A stretch of DNA of 64,000 bases from Trueperaceae bacterium (lineage in GTDB: Bacteria; Deinococcota; Deinococci; Deinococcales; Trueperaceae). The stretch is taken from NCBI GenBank assembly GCA_965213705.1, contig OZ243913.1:896001-960000 (forward strand), given 5' to 3'. The notes under the pieces were generated by a model. It saw nothing but the letters and a program-made list of their open reading frames with translations, was not told the DNA's origin and ran no database searches. Positions 40,142 through 49,422 of the stretch are shown piece by piece; within the stretch, counting starts at the first letter, position 1; each line of letters begins with the position of its first letter. A program made the translations under genes and the position numbers.

Positions 40142-41106
40142 GACTGACCTCGTCTCGAGAGTTGGTCGACGGCCACGGCCAAAATCACCAAAATCCCGGT
40201 GATGAGCACCTGCTCGATGGAACTCCGGCCCATGAGTTGAAGTCCGTTGCGAAACACCCCGACGATGAGCGCCCCGATAAGCGTGCCCAAGATGTTGCCG
40301 CGCCCGCCGAACAAACTGGTGCCGCCCAACACCACGGCGGTGATGCTCTCCAAGTTGCCGTCTTGTCCGGCCTGCGGGTCGCCCACGCCGGTGCGGCCGA
40401 CCAGGAGCAGCCCGGCCACGCCGTAAAAAAAGCCCGCCGTCATGTAGACGCCCGTCAACAAGCGCTTGACCGGGATGCCGGTCAAGCGCGCCGCCTCGGG
40501 GTTGTCGCCGACGGCGTAGATGTGGCGGCCGACCGGGGTGTAGGAGAGCACGTACCAGACGATGAGGTACATCACCAGCATCAGCACCGAGCCGTAGGTG
40601 ATTCGGGTGCCAAGCATCGTGAAGGTCTCACCGAAAAAAGTCTGCTGGGGCGGCAGCCGCGTCACCGTTGAGGTGGTGTAAAGCCTTGTGAGCGCGAAGG
40701 CGATGTTGAGCGTGCCCAAGGTGACGATAAAGGGCGGCAGCTCGAGCCTGGTGACCAGCAACCCGTTGACGAGTCCGAAAGCCATCGTCGCCGCGACGCC
40801 GATAAAAATAGCCAAAACAGGATTCACGCCGCTCGAGACCGCCAGTTTCGTCATCAGCACCGAGCCGAGCGCCATGATGAGGCCGTTGGACAGGTCGATG
40901 CCGCGCGTCAGGATAATGAGCGTTTGGCCGATGGCGAGCGTGCCCACCACCATCACCTGTTGCACGACCAAAGAGAGGTTGCGCCCGGTCAAAAAGCGGT
41001 CGCTCTGCGAGGCGAAAAATAGGCCCGCGACGAGGAGCGCCAACAGCGGGCCGACCGCGGGTGCGCGCAGCACGCGCATGAGGGTGTTGTTGCGGAAACG
41101 GTCCAC
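40138..41106 (-). CDS. Sugar ABC permease (FrcC/RbsC-like)
   Basis: GIDLS, PPFIVTLG, AVGDNPEAARLTG, VVLGGTSLFGGRG. Confidence 0.92.
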   Translation of the reverse strand: MDRFRNNTLMRVLRAPAVGPLLALLVAGLFFASQSDRFLTGRNLSLVVQQVMVVGTLAIGQTLIILTRGIDLSNGLIMALGSVLMTKLAVSSGVNPVLAIFIGVAATMAFGLVNGLLVTRLELPPFIVTLGTLNIAFALTRLYTTSTVTRLPPQQTFFGETFTMLGTRITYGSVLMLVMYLIVWYVLSYTPVGRHIYAVGDNPEAARLTGIPVKRLLTGVYMTAGFFYGVAGLLLVGRTGVGDPQAGQDGNLESITAVVLGGTSLFGGRGNILGTLIGALIVGVFRNGLQLMGRSSIEQVLITGILVILAVAVDQLSRRGQS

Positions 41107-41220
41107 GCCTCAGAAACTTGGGTTGCATAGAGGAAAGGACCGAGGACCGAGTAAAAGATAATAAGTAGAGGTCAAAAGCGTTTTCTCCTTTGTCCGGCGC
41201 TGCGTGAGCTTTACAGAAAA

Positions 41221-41256
41221 AGGGCCGACGGCCGGGGAATCCCGAGCGTCGGCCCT
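41221..41256. other. Intercistronic hairpin after the binding-protein gene
   Basis: AGGGCCGACG ... CGTCGGCCCT. Confidence 0.5.
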
Positions 41257-41269
41257 CGACCCCTAAGGT

Positions 41270-42262
41270 CTACTCGCCCCAGCAGTTCTCGAGACCGAAG
41301 GCGGAATCTTCACTGGTCACGCCCTCTTGCATCTGGTCGGTGATGAGCGTGACGCCCGTGTCGGTATAGCCCGACGGCACCTCGCCGCCCTGCACCGCGG
41401 CGACGATGGCCTCGACGCCCAAGGACGCCATTCTCAGCGGGTACTGCTGCGAGGTCGCGCCGATTTCGCCGCTCTCCACGCCGCGCACGCCCGAGCAGCC
41501 GCCGTCGACCGAGACGATCAGCACGTCGTTCTCCATGCCCGCGTTTTTGATGGCCGTGTAAGCGCCAAAGGCGGCGGGCTCGTTGATGGTGTAAACGAGG
41601 TTGATGTCCGGGTTGCTGGTGAGGCAGTTTTCCATCGCCGTTTGACCCTTGGACTGGTCGCCCTGGGTGTCTTGCGAGCAGACCACCTCGGGCGCGGTCA
41701 CCGCGTCGTTGGCGTCTGAGGCGTCGTCGACCAGGCCGTAACCTGCCAAAAAGCCGTTGTGCCGCAAGTAGCCGACCGTGATACCGGGGTTGAGGTCTAG
41801 GGTAGCGATGACGGGCTCTTTGTCACCCATCGCGGCCTTGGCCCACTGGCCGATAAGGAGACCGGCCTGGTAGTTGTCGGTCGCGAACAGCGCGTCGGAC
41901 GCGTCTATGGGGTCGAGCGGCGTGTCGAGCGCGATGACGATGACGCCCTCGTCGCGCGCTTTTTGAATGCTGGGCACGATGGCTTGCGTGTCGCTCGGCA
42001 CGATTAAAATTCCCTGCACGCCCGCGGCGACCATGTTTTCAATCGCGGTGACTTGCGCCTCGTTGTCGCCGTCGAACGAGCCGGCGGCGGTTAAAAGTTC
42101 GACGCCGAGTTCTTCGGCCTTGGCCTGCGCGCCCTCACGCATTTTGACGAAAAAGGGGTTGGTCTCGGTCTTGGTGATGAGCCCGACCATGACGTCTTGG
42201 GCGAAGCTCGAGCCCAACAGCGCAAAGGTGACGAGCAGGGTGACGAGTTTGAGTAGTTTCAC
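41270..42262 (-). CDS. Sugar ABC substrate-binding protein (FrcB-like)
   Basis: Signal peptide, GLITKTETNPFFVKM, ATDN, SVDGGC, QQYP, ENCWG. Confidence 0.9.
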   Translation of the reverse strand: MKLLKLVTLLVTFALLGSSFAQDVMVGLITKTETNPFFVKMREGAQAKAEELGVELLTAAGSFDGDNEAQVTAIENMVAAGVQGILIVPSDTQAIVPSIQKARDEGVIVIALDTPLDPIDASDALFATDNYQAGLLIGQWAKAAMGDKEPVIATLDLNPGITVGYLRHNGFLAGYGLVDDASDANDAVTAPEVVCSQDTQGDQSKGQTAMENCLTSNPDINLVYTINEPAAFGAYTAIKNAGMENDVLIVSVDGGCSGVRGVESGEIGATSQQYPLRMASLGVEAIVAAVQGGEVPSGYTDTGVTLITDQMQEGVTSEDSAFGLENCWGE

Positions 42263-42511
42263 AAAAGTTCCTTTCTTGACCGGCCTGGGCCGGACGGTGG
42301 CTGACGAATTCGGGTTCGGGATGGACTCGTGTCCATTCCGGGCTGAAACCTCGGCACTCCCTTCAAACGAACTTTTGATACAGCAAAGATTGACTTCGGG
42401 CATTGTATAGCGGCGCGAAAAAGTTTGTCAAACACGTGACAGTTGAGAGCCGGCCAATGCCGAACGCCCGCTCTCAAACCCGCGTTGCGGAGGGTGCGGT
42501 ATACTTTCGGC

Positions 42512-43087
42512 ATGACGACAACCCTTGAGGACCCAGCGTTTGAGGACCGGGCGTTTACCAGGTACAAGTTCAGCCTCGAGACCTACAACCGCATGATTGA
42601 GGCGGGCATCCTGACGCCCAACGACAAGGTCGAACTCATTTATGGGGAGATAGTCAACATGTCACCGATGGGAAACAAGCACATTTTCTTAACGGCTAAA
42701 TATACGAACCGTTTAATCAAAATTTATGGTGAAGAGGCTGTGGTTATGTCTCAGTGCCCTGTTCAAATAGTGCCGAATTCCGAGCCGGAGCCTGACGTTA
42801 CCCTTATAAAAGCCCCCATAGACCGCTACGAAGAGCGTAAACCACAGGGCGAAGACGTGCTGCTCATCATCGAAGTTTCAGACTCAACCTTGGCTTACGA
42901 CCGTGGCAAAAAGCTCAGCCTCTACGCCGAGGCGGGCATTCCCGAGGTGTGGATAAGTAACATTCAGGACAACGTGCTCGAGGTTTACCGTGAACCTAAA
43001 CGGTCTACTTACGGCGTGCGCTTGACTCTTTTGGAAGGCGAAGAAATTACACCTCTCTTTTCCGACAAACCGTTTTCGTGGAGTTGA
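42512..43087 (+). CDS. Uma2 family (PD-(D/E)xK) endonuclease
   Basis: ELIYGEIVNMSP, EPEPDV, IEVSDST..YDR..K..LYAEAGIPEVW. Confidence 0.9.
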   Translation: MTTTLEDPAFEDRAFTRYKFSLETYNRMIEAGILTPNDKVELIYGEIVNMSPMGNKHIFLTAKYTNRLIKIYGEEAVVMSQCPVQIVPNSEPEPDVTLIKAPIDRYEERKPQGEDVLLIIEVSDSTLAYDRGKKLSLYAEAGIPEVWISNIQDNVLEVYREPKRSTYGVRLTLLEGEEITPLFSDKPFSWS

Positions 43088-44943
43088 ACGACACGCCCAT
43101 CGGCATGGTGCTCGGCACCGAGCAGGCGACGCCGCTGGCGTTCTGGTTCGCGGTCGCCCCGGACACGAAAGTCCAGCTCGACGACATCGTGTTTATTGAA
43201 GTCGCCGACCCCGAGACCGCGGGCGACGCGGTGCGTTTTTACGGCGTGGTGGACGAGGTGCGGCGCGCTTTCGAGGGCATTCAGTTCGAGGGCGACACCG
43301 AACTCGTGGTGCAAGGCCTTATGCCCGCCAACGTCACCTACGGGGCGCACGTGCTCGTCACTAGGGTCGAGCCCGAGGACTTCATCCCGCCGGGGCCGGG
43401 CGACGCGGTGTTTATGGCGACGGGGGCGGCCTTAGAGAAAGCCCTCTACTTAGACAACATGGAAGCCCCGCTGCCCGCGGGCGTCTTGCGCAACGGCGAG
43501 CCGGGCTACCTCAACTTCGACTTTATCAACGGCACCAAGGGCGCGCACATCAATATCTCGGGCATCTCAGGTATCGCGACCAAGACGAGCTACGCGCTCT
43601 TTCTCCTCTACAGCATCTTTCAGGCGAAAAACTTCAAGACGCGGCGGGGTCTCATCGACAACCCCAACGCGACGAAGGCGATTATCTTCAACGTCAAGGG
43701 CGAAGACCTGCTGTTTCTGGACAAGCCGAACAAGCGCTTTTTGGAGGAGGAACGCAAGTGGCAGGACAAGCGCCGCTCCGCGCAGACGCGCTACGACCTC
43801 TGCAACCTGCCCGCGGGCGCGTTCGAGAGCGTCGAACTGCACGCGCCTGCGAAAGAGGGCGAAAACCTGCTCGCCGACGTTGCTCAGCGCGAAGGCGTGA
43901 GCCCTTACCTGTGGACGCTCCACGAGTTCGCCGCGCAGCGGATGCTGCCTTTCGTCCTCACCGAGCGCGACGCGATGACGAATTTGGGCTTTTTGGTAGG
44001 GCACCTGGAAGAGAAGCTTTACAAGCTCGCTACCGAGACGCGCGGGCCGGGTTTGGAGGTGCAGGCGGGCGACGAGGACTTCGACCCGAACCCGGAGGCG
44101 GGGTTTACGCGGGGGTCGCCCATCACACCCGACGAGGGTTTCGGCTTCAGCGATTTGGAGGCTCGAGCCGGGCGTACCAGGCTCAAAACCTTTGACGAGT
44201 TGGTGAGCTATCTCGAGTACAAACTCCTTATCAAAGGTGCCTCCGAGGACGACAGTAGCAGCAAGGGCGGCGACCCACTCTGGACGGCGCAGCAGGCGAA
44301 GGCGACCCGCGAAGCCCTCATCCGCCGTTTGCGCGGGGCGTCTAAGTACGTGCGCCGACTCGTGCGCGGCGACCTACCGAAAAAAGCGTTCGACCGCGCC
44401 AAGCTCGACATTTTGGGCAGCGACAAACAGGTTCACGTCGTGGACATCAACCGCCTCGCGCCGTTGGCGCAAATGTTCGTCGTCGGCGTGCTGCTGCGGC
44501 AGATTTTCGAGGAGCACGAGGGTTCAGACCGGCGCAAAACGTTCGTGATTCTGGACGAGTTGAACAAGTACGCGCCGTCGGAAGGCGACAGCCCCATTAA
44601 GGACGTGCTCTTGGACATCGCCGAGCGCGGGCGCAGCATGGGAATTATCCTCATCGGGGCGCAGCAGACGGCTAGCGAGGTCGAGCGCCGCGTGGTCGGC
44701 AACGCGGCGGTGCGCGTCGTCGGTAGACTCGACGCCGCCGAGGCCGACCGACCCGAATACAAGTTCATGCCGCGCAGTTTTCTAGGCCGCTCGACGATTC
44801 TAGCCCCCGGTACCATGATTGTTCACCAGCCCGACGTGCCGAGCCCGATGATGCTGAACTTTCCCTTTCCGAGTTGGGCCACGCGGCGCAAAGAGGTGGA
44901 CGAGGCGGTGAGCGACGCGGAGGCGCTGGATATTTTGGGTTGA
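43078..44943 (+). CDS. herA: HerA-family ATPase/helicase
   Basis: N-terminal HAS-barrel-like region, SGISGIATKTS Walker A variant, FNVKGEDL, ILDELNKY Walker B, ERGRS.G, GAQQ. Confidence 0.85.
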   Translation: MELNDTPIGMVLGTEQATPLAFWFAVAPDTKVQLDDIVFIEVADPETAGDAVRFYGVVDEVRRAFEGIQFEGDTELVVQGLMPANVTYGAHVLVTRVEPEDFIPPGPGDAVFMATGAALEKALYLDNMEAPLPAGVLRNGEPGYLNFDFINGTKGAHINISGISGIATKTSYALFLLYSIFQAKNFKTRRGLIDNPNATKAIIFNVKGEDLLFLDKPNKRFLEEERKWQDKRRSAQTRYDLCNLPAGAFESVELHAPAKEGENLLADVAQREGVSPYLWTLHEFAAQRMLPFVLTERDAMTNLGFLVGHLEEKLYKLATETRGPGLEVQAGDEDFDPNPEAGFTRGSPITPDEGFGFSDLEARAGRTRLKTFDELVSYLEYKLLIKGASEDDSSSKGGDPLWTAQQAKATREALIRRLRGASKYVRRLVRGDLPKKAFDRAKLDILGSDKQVHVVDINRLAPLAQMFVVGVLLRQIFEEHEGSDRRKTFVILDELNKYAPSEGDSPIKDVLLDIAERGRSMGIILIGAQQTASEVERRVVGNAAVRVVGRLDAAEADRPEYKFMPRSFLGRSTILAPGTMIVHQPDVPSPMMLNFPFPSWATRRKEVDEAVSDAEALDILG

Positions 44944-44990
44944 AGACTCACACGGGCAGCCTCGAGGGATGCCTGTTTAGGAGCTACATC

Positions 44991-45668
44991 ATGTCCCCAA
45001 ACACCTATTGGCTCGAGCAGCCGCCGCTCGAGCTGAGCACCGAGCAGACAGCGGCCTTCGAGTCCAAGCCTGTTGCCGAGCGTGTTCGTGACGGCTGGCT
45101 GGCGTGTCCCGCCGGGGTGCCCAAGTGGGTCTACTTGAAGTGGCTGGCGCGAACTTCGGACGTGCTCTTTCACGGTTCAAACCGGAGCGACATCACCTGC
45201 TTCGAACCCCGAACACCCGACGACAGTTCGGCGGAAGCCTTCAGCAGACAAACGGCGGTGTTCGCGGCGAGCGCGCCCCTCTGGGCGATGTTTTACGCCA
45301 TTTTGGACAGGTCGCGGACGGGTTTACGGTTGCTCAACGGGGCTTTCGAGGTGCTCGAGCCGAACGACCACCCCGGAACCCGCTACTTTTTTTCGATAAC
45401 CCGAGAAGTATTGGCACAGGGTGCTTGGCGTGTGGGAACGTTGTACCTTTTGCCAGGCGAGACCTTCACCCGGCAGGAAGGCCACACTTGGCGTGGGGAG
45501 GCGACGCTCGAGCACCAGTGGGCCTCGCCCGTCCCGGTAAAGCCGCTCGCCAAGGTCAGGGTCGCGCCCGCTGATTTTCCTTTTTTGAACAAGGTACGAG
45601 GCCATGACAACGCCCATGTAGAGCGGCGGGCTGAAAAAGACCCGCACGGCTTTCCCTGGCTGGACTAG
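44991..45668 (+). CDS. Hypothetical protein, possible ADP-ribosyltransferase-like fold
   Basis: LFHGS..FEPR..AVFAA..AMFYA..GTLYLLP..F..QWAS..PVKPL. Confidence 0.55.
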   Translation: MSPNTYWLEQPPLELSTEQTAAFESKPVAERVRDGWLACPAGVPKWVYLKWLARTSDVLFHGSNRSDITCFEPRTPDDSSAEAFSRQTAVFAASAPLWAMFYAILDRSRTGLRLLNGAFEVLEPNDHPGTRYFFSITREVLAQGAWRVGTLYLLPGETFTRQEGHTWRGEATLEHQWASPVPVKPLAKVRVAPADFPFLNKVRGHDNAHVERRAEKDPHGFPWLD

Positions 45669-45717
45669 TGTCGGGTCTCGAGCCCCCTCACCCCACACCC
45701 TCCGGTACAATGCCCTG

Positions 45718-47505
45718 ATGGAAATCCGCAACTTCTCGATTATCGCCCACGTCGACCACGGCAAGTCGACGCTGGCGGATAGGATTTTAGAACTCACCCA
45801 GACCGTGTCCGAGCGCAACAAACGCGACCAGATGCTGGATACTTTAGACCTCGAGCGCGAGCGCGGCATCACCATCAAGGCGACGCCGGTGCGCCTGTAC
45901 TACCAGGCTAAAAACGGTAAGCGCTACATGTTCAACCTCATCGACACACCCGGCCACGTGGACTTCAACTACGAGGTGTCGCGCGCTCTGCGCGCCTGCG
46001 AGGGCGTGCTGCTCGTGGTGGACGCGTCGCAGGGGGTCGAGGCGCAGACCATCCAGAACGCTTACTTAGCTATCGACAACAATTTAGAGATTTTGCCGAT
46101 TATCAATAAAATCGACCTGCCCAACGCCGACCCGGCGGGAGCGGTGGCCGAGTTGGAGGAGGTCATCGGCATCCCCGGCGACCACGCGGTTTCCGTGTCG
46201 GCAAAAACGGGGGAGAACGTCGCGGCGATTTTGGAGGCCATCGTCGAACACCTGCCCCCGCCGAGCGGCGACCCGGACGCGCCTTTAAGCTGCCTCATCT
46301 TCGACGCGGTGTACGACAGTTACCAGGGCGTCATCCCGTTTATTCGCGTGCTCGAGGGCAGAGTCAAAAAGGGCGACGTGATTAAAGTCGTGAGTACGGG
46401 TAAAGAGTTCGAGGTGGACAAGGTCGGCTTTTTCGAGCCGAGTTTGGCTGTGTCCGACGTGCTGAATCCGGGTGAGGTGGGTTGGCTTACCGCGAGCATC
46501 AAAGACATCGCCGACACGCAAATCGGCGACACCTTCACCTTTGCCGAGCGGCCGACCGAAAACATCGTCCCCGGCTTCAAACCGGCCAAACCGGTCGTGT
46601 TCAGCGGCCTGTACCCGACCGACTCCGAGGACTACCCGAAACTCCGCGAGGCCTTAGAGAAACTCAGCCTCAACGACGCCGCCTTTACTTTCGAGCCGGA
46701 AACCTCGGAGGCGTTGGGCTTCGGGTTTCGCTGTGGCTTTTTGGGCCTCTTGCACGCCGACATCGTGCAGGCGCGGCTCGAGCGCGAGTTCGACCTCGCC
46801 TTAATCGCCACCGCGCCCGCCGTGGTTTACCACGTCGAGACGAGTGACGGCAAAACGACGGTGATTCAAAACCCGGCCGAACTGCCCGACCCGGCCCGCA
46901 TCACCCGGATTTTGGAGCCCTACGTGCGCCTCAGCGTCTACGTGCCGGAAGAGTACGTCGGCAACGCGATGGGCCTGATTCAAGAGCGCCGCGGCGACAT
47001 GAAAAACATGGTTTACCACGGGCGGCGCGTCGAGCTGCGCTACGAGGTGCCCTTCGGCGAAATCCTGTACGACTTTCATGACCGGCTGAAAAGCTTGACT
47101 CGAGGCTACGCCAGCATGGACTACGAACCGCTCGACTACCGCGAGGGGAGCCTCGTCAAGGTCGACATCCTCGTCAACGAGGAAAAAGTCGACGCGCTCT
47201 CGGTCATCGCGCACCGCGACAAGGCTTACGCGCTCGGGCGCAAAATCGTCGACAAGATGGTCGAAGTGATTCCGCGCCAGATGTTCGTGGTGCCAGTGCA
47301 AGCGGCCATCGGCGGCAAGATTTTGGCGCGCGCAACCGTGCGGGCCTTTCGCAAGGACGTGCTGGCGAAGTGCTACGGCGGCGACATCACCCGGAAACGT
47401 AAACTGCTCCAAAAACAGAAAAAGGGCAAAGAGCGCATGAAACAGCTCGGCAGCGTCGAGGTGCCGCAGGAGGCGTTTTTGGCGGTGCTGAGCGGGGACG
47501 AGTAG
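45718..47505 (+). CDS. lepA: Elongation factor 4
   Basis: [40 protein letters not shown]. Confidence 0.97.
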   Translation: MEIRNFSIIAHVDHGKSTLADRILELTQTVSERNKRDQMLDTLDLERERGITIKATPVRLYYQAKNGKRYMFNLIDTPGHVDFNYEVSRALRACEGVLLVVDASQGVEAQTIQNAYLAIDNNLEILPIINKIDLPNADPAGAVAELEEVIGIPGDHAVSVSAKTGENVAAILEAIVEHLPPPSGDPDAPLSCLIFDAVYDSYQGVIPFIRVLEGRVKKGDVIKVVSTGKEFEVDKVGFFEPSLAVSDVLNPGEVGWLTASIKDIADTQIGDTFTFAERPTENIVPGFKPAKPVVFSGLYPTDSEDYPKLREALEKLSLNDAAFTFEPETSEALGFGFRCGFLGLLHADIVQARLEREFDLALIATAPAVVYHVETSDGKTTVIQNPAELPDPARITRILEPYVRLSVYVPEEYVGNAMGLIQERRGDMKNMVYHGRRVELRYEVPFGEILYDFHDRLKSLTRGYASMDYEPLDYREGSLVKVDILVNEEKVDALSVIAHRDKAYALGRKIVDKMVEVIPRQMFVVPVQAAIGGKILARATVRAFRKDVLAKCYGGDITRKRKLLQKQKKGKERMKQLGSVEVPQEAFLAVLSGDE

Positions 47506-47594
47506 GTCCGTCGTCAAGTCGCCCGAACCTGCCGAGAAAAGGCTTAAGAGAAATGCTTCCGGTGGTTTTCCGCTCACACCTGCTATAAGGGTTT

Positions 47595-48647
47595 ATGCAC
47601 AGCGGTCCCGAGCAGACGCGCACGCCCAGCCTGCGGGTACAGGTCGCGCTCGTTATCGGCGTGTTGTCGTTTTTGCCCAACCTCGTCATGATGTTCACGG
47701 TTTTCTTGCCGAGGGCGGGTTTGCTGCGCGAGGCCTCGGCTGAATTGGGTTGGACGCTCGCCGTTTGGGTGCTCGTCACGGCGGTTCTTTCGGCGGCCGC
47801 GGGTTACGGTTTGTCCTGTCAACTCCTGTCGCCGCTGACGGGTCTTACCCGGCACATCAACAGCTTGCGTCACCTGCCGGAACCGCTCGAGCGCTCAGCC
47901 GTGGACAACGCCCCGGAACCCGCCGAGGTCGCCGAGTTGCGCACCGCTTTCGACGACCTGCTCACACAAGTCGGCACCGAGCAAGCGCGGCGACGCGCTT
48001 TTATGGCGACCCTGATGCACGACTTGAAAACGCCCCTGATTGCCAGCAACCACCTGCTCACCGCCATTCGTGACGACGACACCCTGGGGCGGCGCGAGCG
48101 CGCCCGCTTTGTGAACGGTATGTTGGAGGAGAACGCACGGCTCGTCGAGCTGGTGCAAAAGTTCGTCGACGCCAACAAGCTCGAGCGCCGCGACATACCG
48201 TTGCAGCTCGAGCGCGTCGAGCTGAACCCGCTCGTTCAGCGTGTGGTAACGCGGGTCAAACCTTTGTCCGAGGCGCGCGGCGTCAGCGTCACGGTGCAGG
48301 GCGAAGCGGTAGCGCAAGCCGACGCGCGCGAACTGGAGCGCGCGCTCTACAACCTCCTCAGCAACGCGGTCCGTTACGCGCGTCGCCGAATTACCGTGCA
48401 ACTTTTCCCCGGCCTGGTTCGCCTGACCGACGACGGCCCCGGTTTGCCCGCGCCGCTGAACAAACTGGCGCAACCCTTCAACGCGCAACCGGTTAGTTTG
48501 GGCGGCGAACACTACACGGCGGGCACGGGCGGCTTGGGTCTGTTCATCGCCCGGCGCGTGTTGGAAGCGCACGGGGGCCGTTTGAACGTAGAGTCGAGCG
48601 GGCCGCAGGGTACGGTGCTGCTGGCTTATTTGGGCCGGGAGGGGTAA
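47595..48647 (+). CDS. Sensor histidine kinase
   Basis: Two TM helices, HAMP-like linker, HDLKTPL, NLLSNA, DDGPG, GLGL. Confidence 0.9.
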   Translation: MHSGPEQTRTPSLRVQVALVIGVLSFLPNLVMMFTVFLPRAGLLREASAELGWTLAVWVLVTAVLSAAAGYGLSCQLLSPLTGLTRHINSLRHLPEPLERSAVDNAPEPAEVAELRTAFDDLLTQVGTEQARRRAFMATLMHDLKTPLIASNHLLTAIRDDDTLGRRERARFVNGMLEENARLVELVQKFVDANKLERRDIPLQLERVELNPLVQRVVTRVKPLSEARGVSVTVQGEAVAQADARELERALYNLLSNAVRYARRRITVQLFPGLVRLTDDGPGLPAPLNKLAQPFNAQPVSLGGEHYTAGTGGLGLFIARRVLEAHGGRLNVESSGPQGTVLLAYLGREG

Positions 48648-48648
48648 C

Positions 48649-49242
48649 GTGTCGCGCGTTTTAATAGCCGACGACCATCCGCTGTTTCGCATGGGTCTCG
48701 CCTACGCCCTTAAGGCGCGGGGCTTCGAACTTGTCGCCGAGGTCGCGGACGGCGCCGCGGCGCTCGAAGCCTGCTGCACGCTCCGGCCCGACGTCGCCCT
48801 CCTCGACGTAAAAATGCCTCTTTTGGACGGGCTTTCCGCTTGCCGGCGCATCAGGGCCGAGTGTGCGGACACTCTCGTGGTGATGCTCAGCACGTTCGAC
48901 GAGCCCGCCATCCTCGCCGCCGCCAAGGCGGCCGGGGCCACAGCTTACCTGTCCAAAGAAACCGCGCCTGCCGAGCTGGCTGCACTCCTTCGTGAAGTCA
49001 CCGCGCGCCCCGCGCACGACTGGTTGCCCGCGCCCGACGTCCCGACGCTCACCACGCGCGAAGGGGAAACGTTGCATCTTCTGGCCGCCGGCCACAGCAA
49101 CAAAGCAATCGCCAAGCGGCTCGGCGTGAGTCCGGAAACGGTCAAAGACCATCTCGGAAGCGTCTACCGCAAGCTCGAGGTGAGCGACCGCATGGCGGCG
49201 GTCGGCAAGGCTCGAGCCCTCGGGTTGTTGCGTTTGGGTTGA
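48649..49242 (+). CDS. NarL/LuxR response regulator
   Basis: IADDHP, LLDVKMP, LTTRE...TVKDHL. Confidence 0.93.
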   Translation: MSRVLIADDHPLFRMGLAYALKARGFELVAEVADGAAALEACCTLRPDVALLDVKMPLLDGLSACRRIRAECADTLVVMLSTFDEPAILAAAKAAGATAYLSKETAPAELAALLREVTARPAHDWLPAPDVPTLTTREGETLHLLAAGHSNKAIAKRLGVSPETVKDHLGSVYRKLEVSDRMAAVGKARALGLLRLG

Positions 49243-49255
49243 GCGGGGTGGCACC

Positions 49256-49357
49256 TAAGCTAATCCATGGTGACTTTGCAGAATGCTTAGTCGGTCTGTC
49301 CGTACTCGCTCCACTCGGGTGAATTTGCAGGAGCAAATTCACCCTGGAAATACCTAA
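49256..49357 (+). repeat. Degenerate SRE-like repeat
   Basis: CTCGCTCCACTCGG followed by hairpin GGTGAATTTGC-AGGA-GCAAATTCACC and TGGAAATACCTAA. Confidence 0.45.
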
Positions 49358-49422
49358 ACGGTGTCCTCAACAGTCTTTGTTCCGTAAGTTTTTTGTGAGA
49401 CCCGCCTTATTAAACTGGTTTT

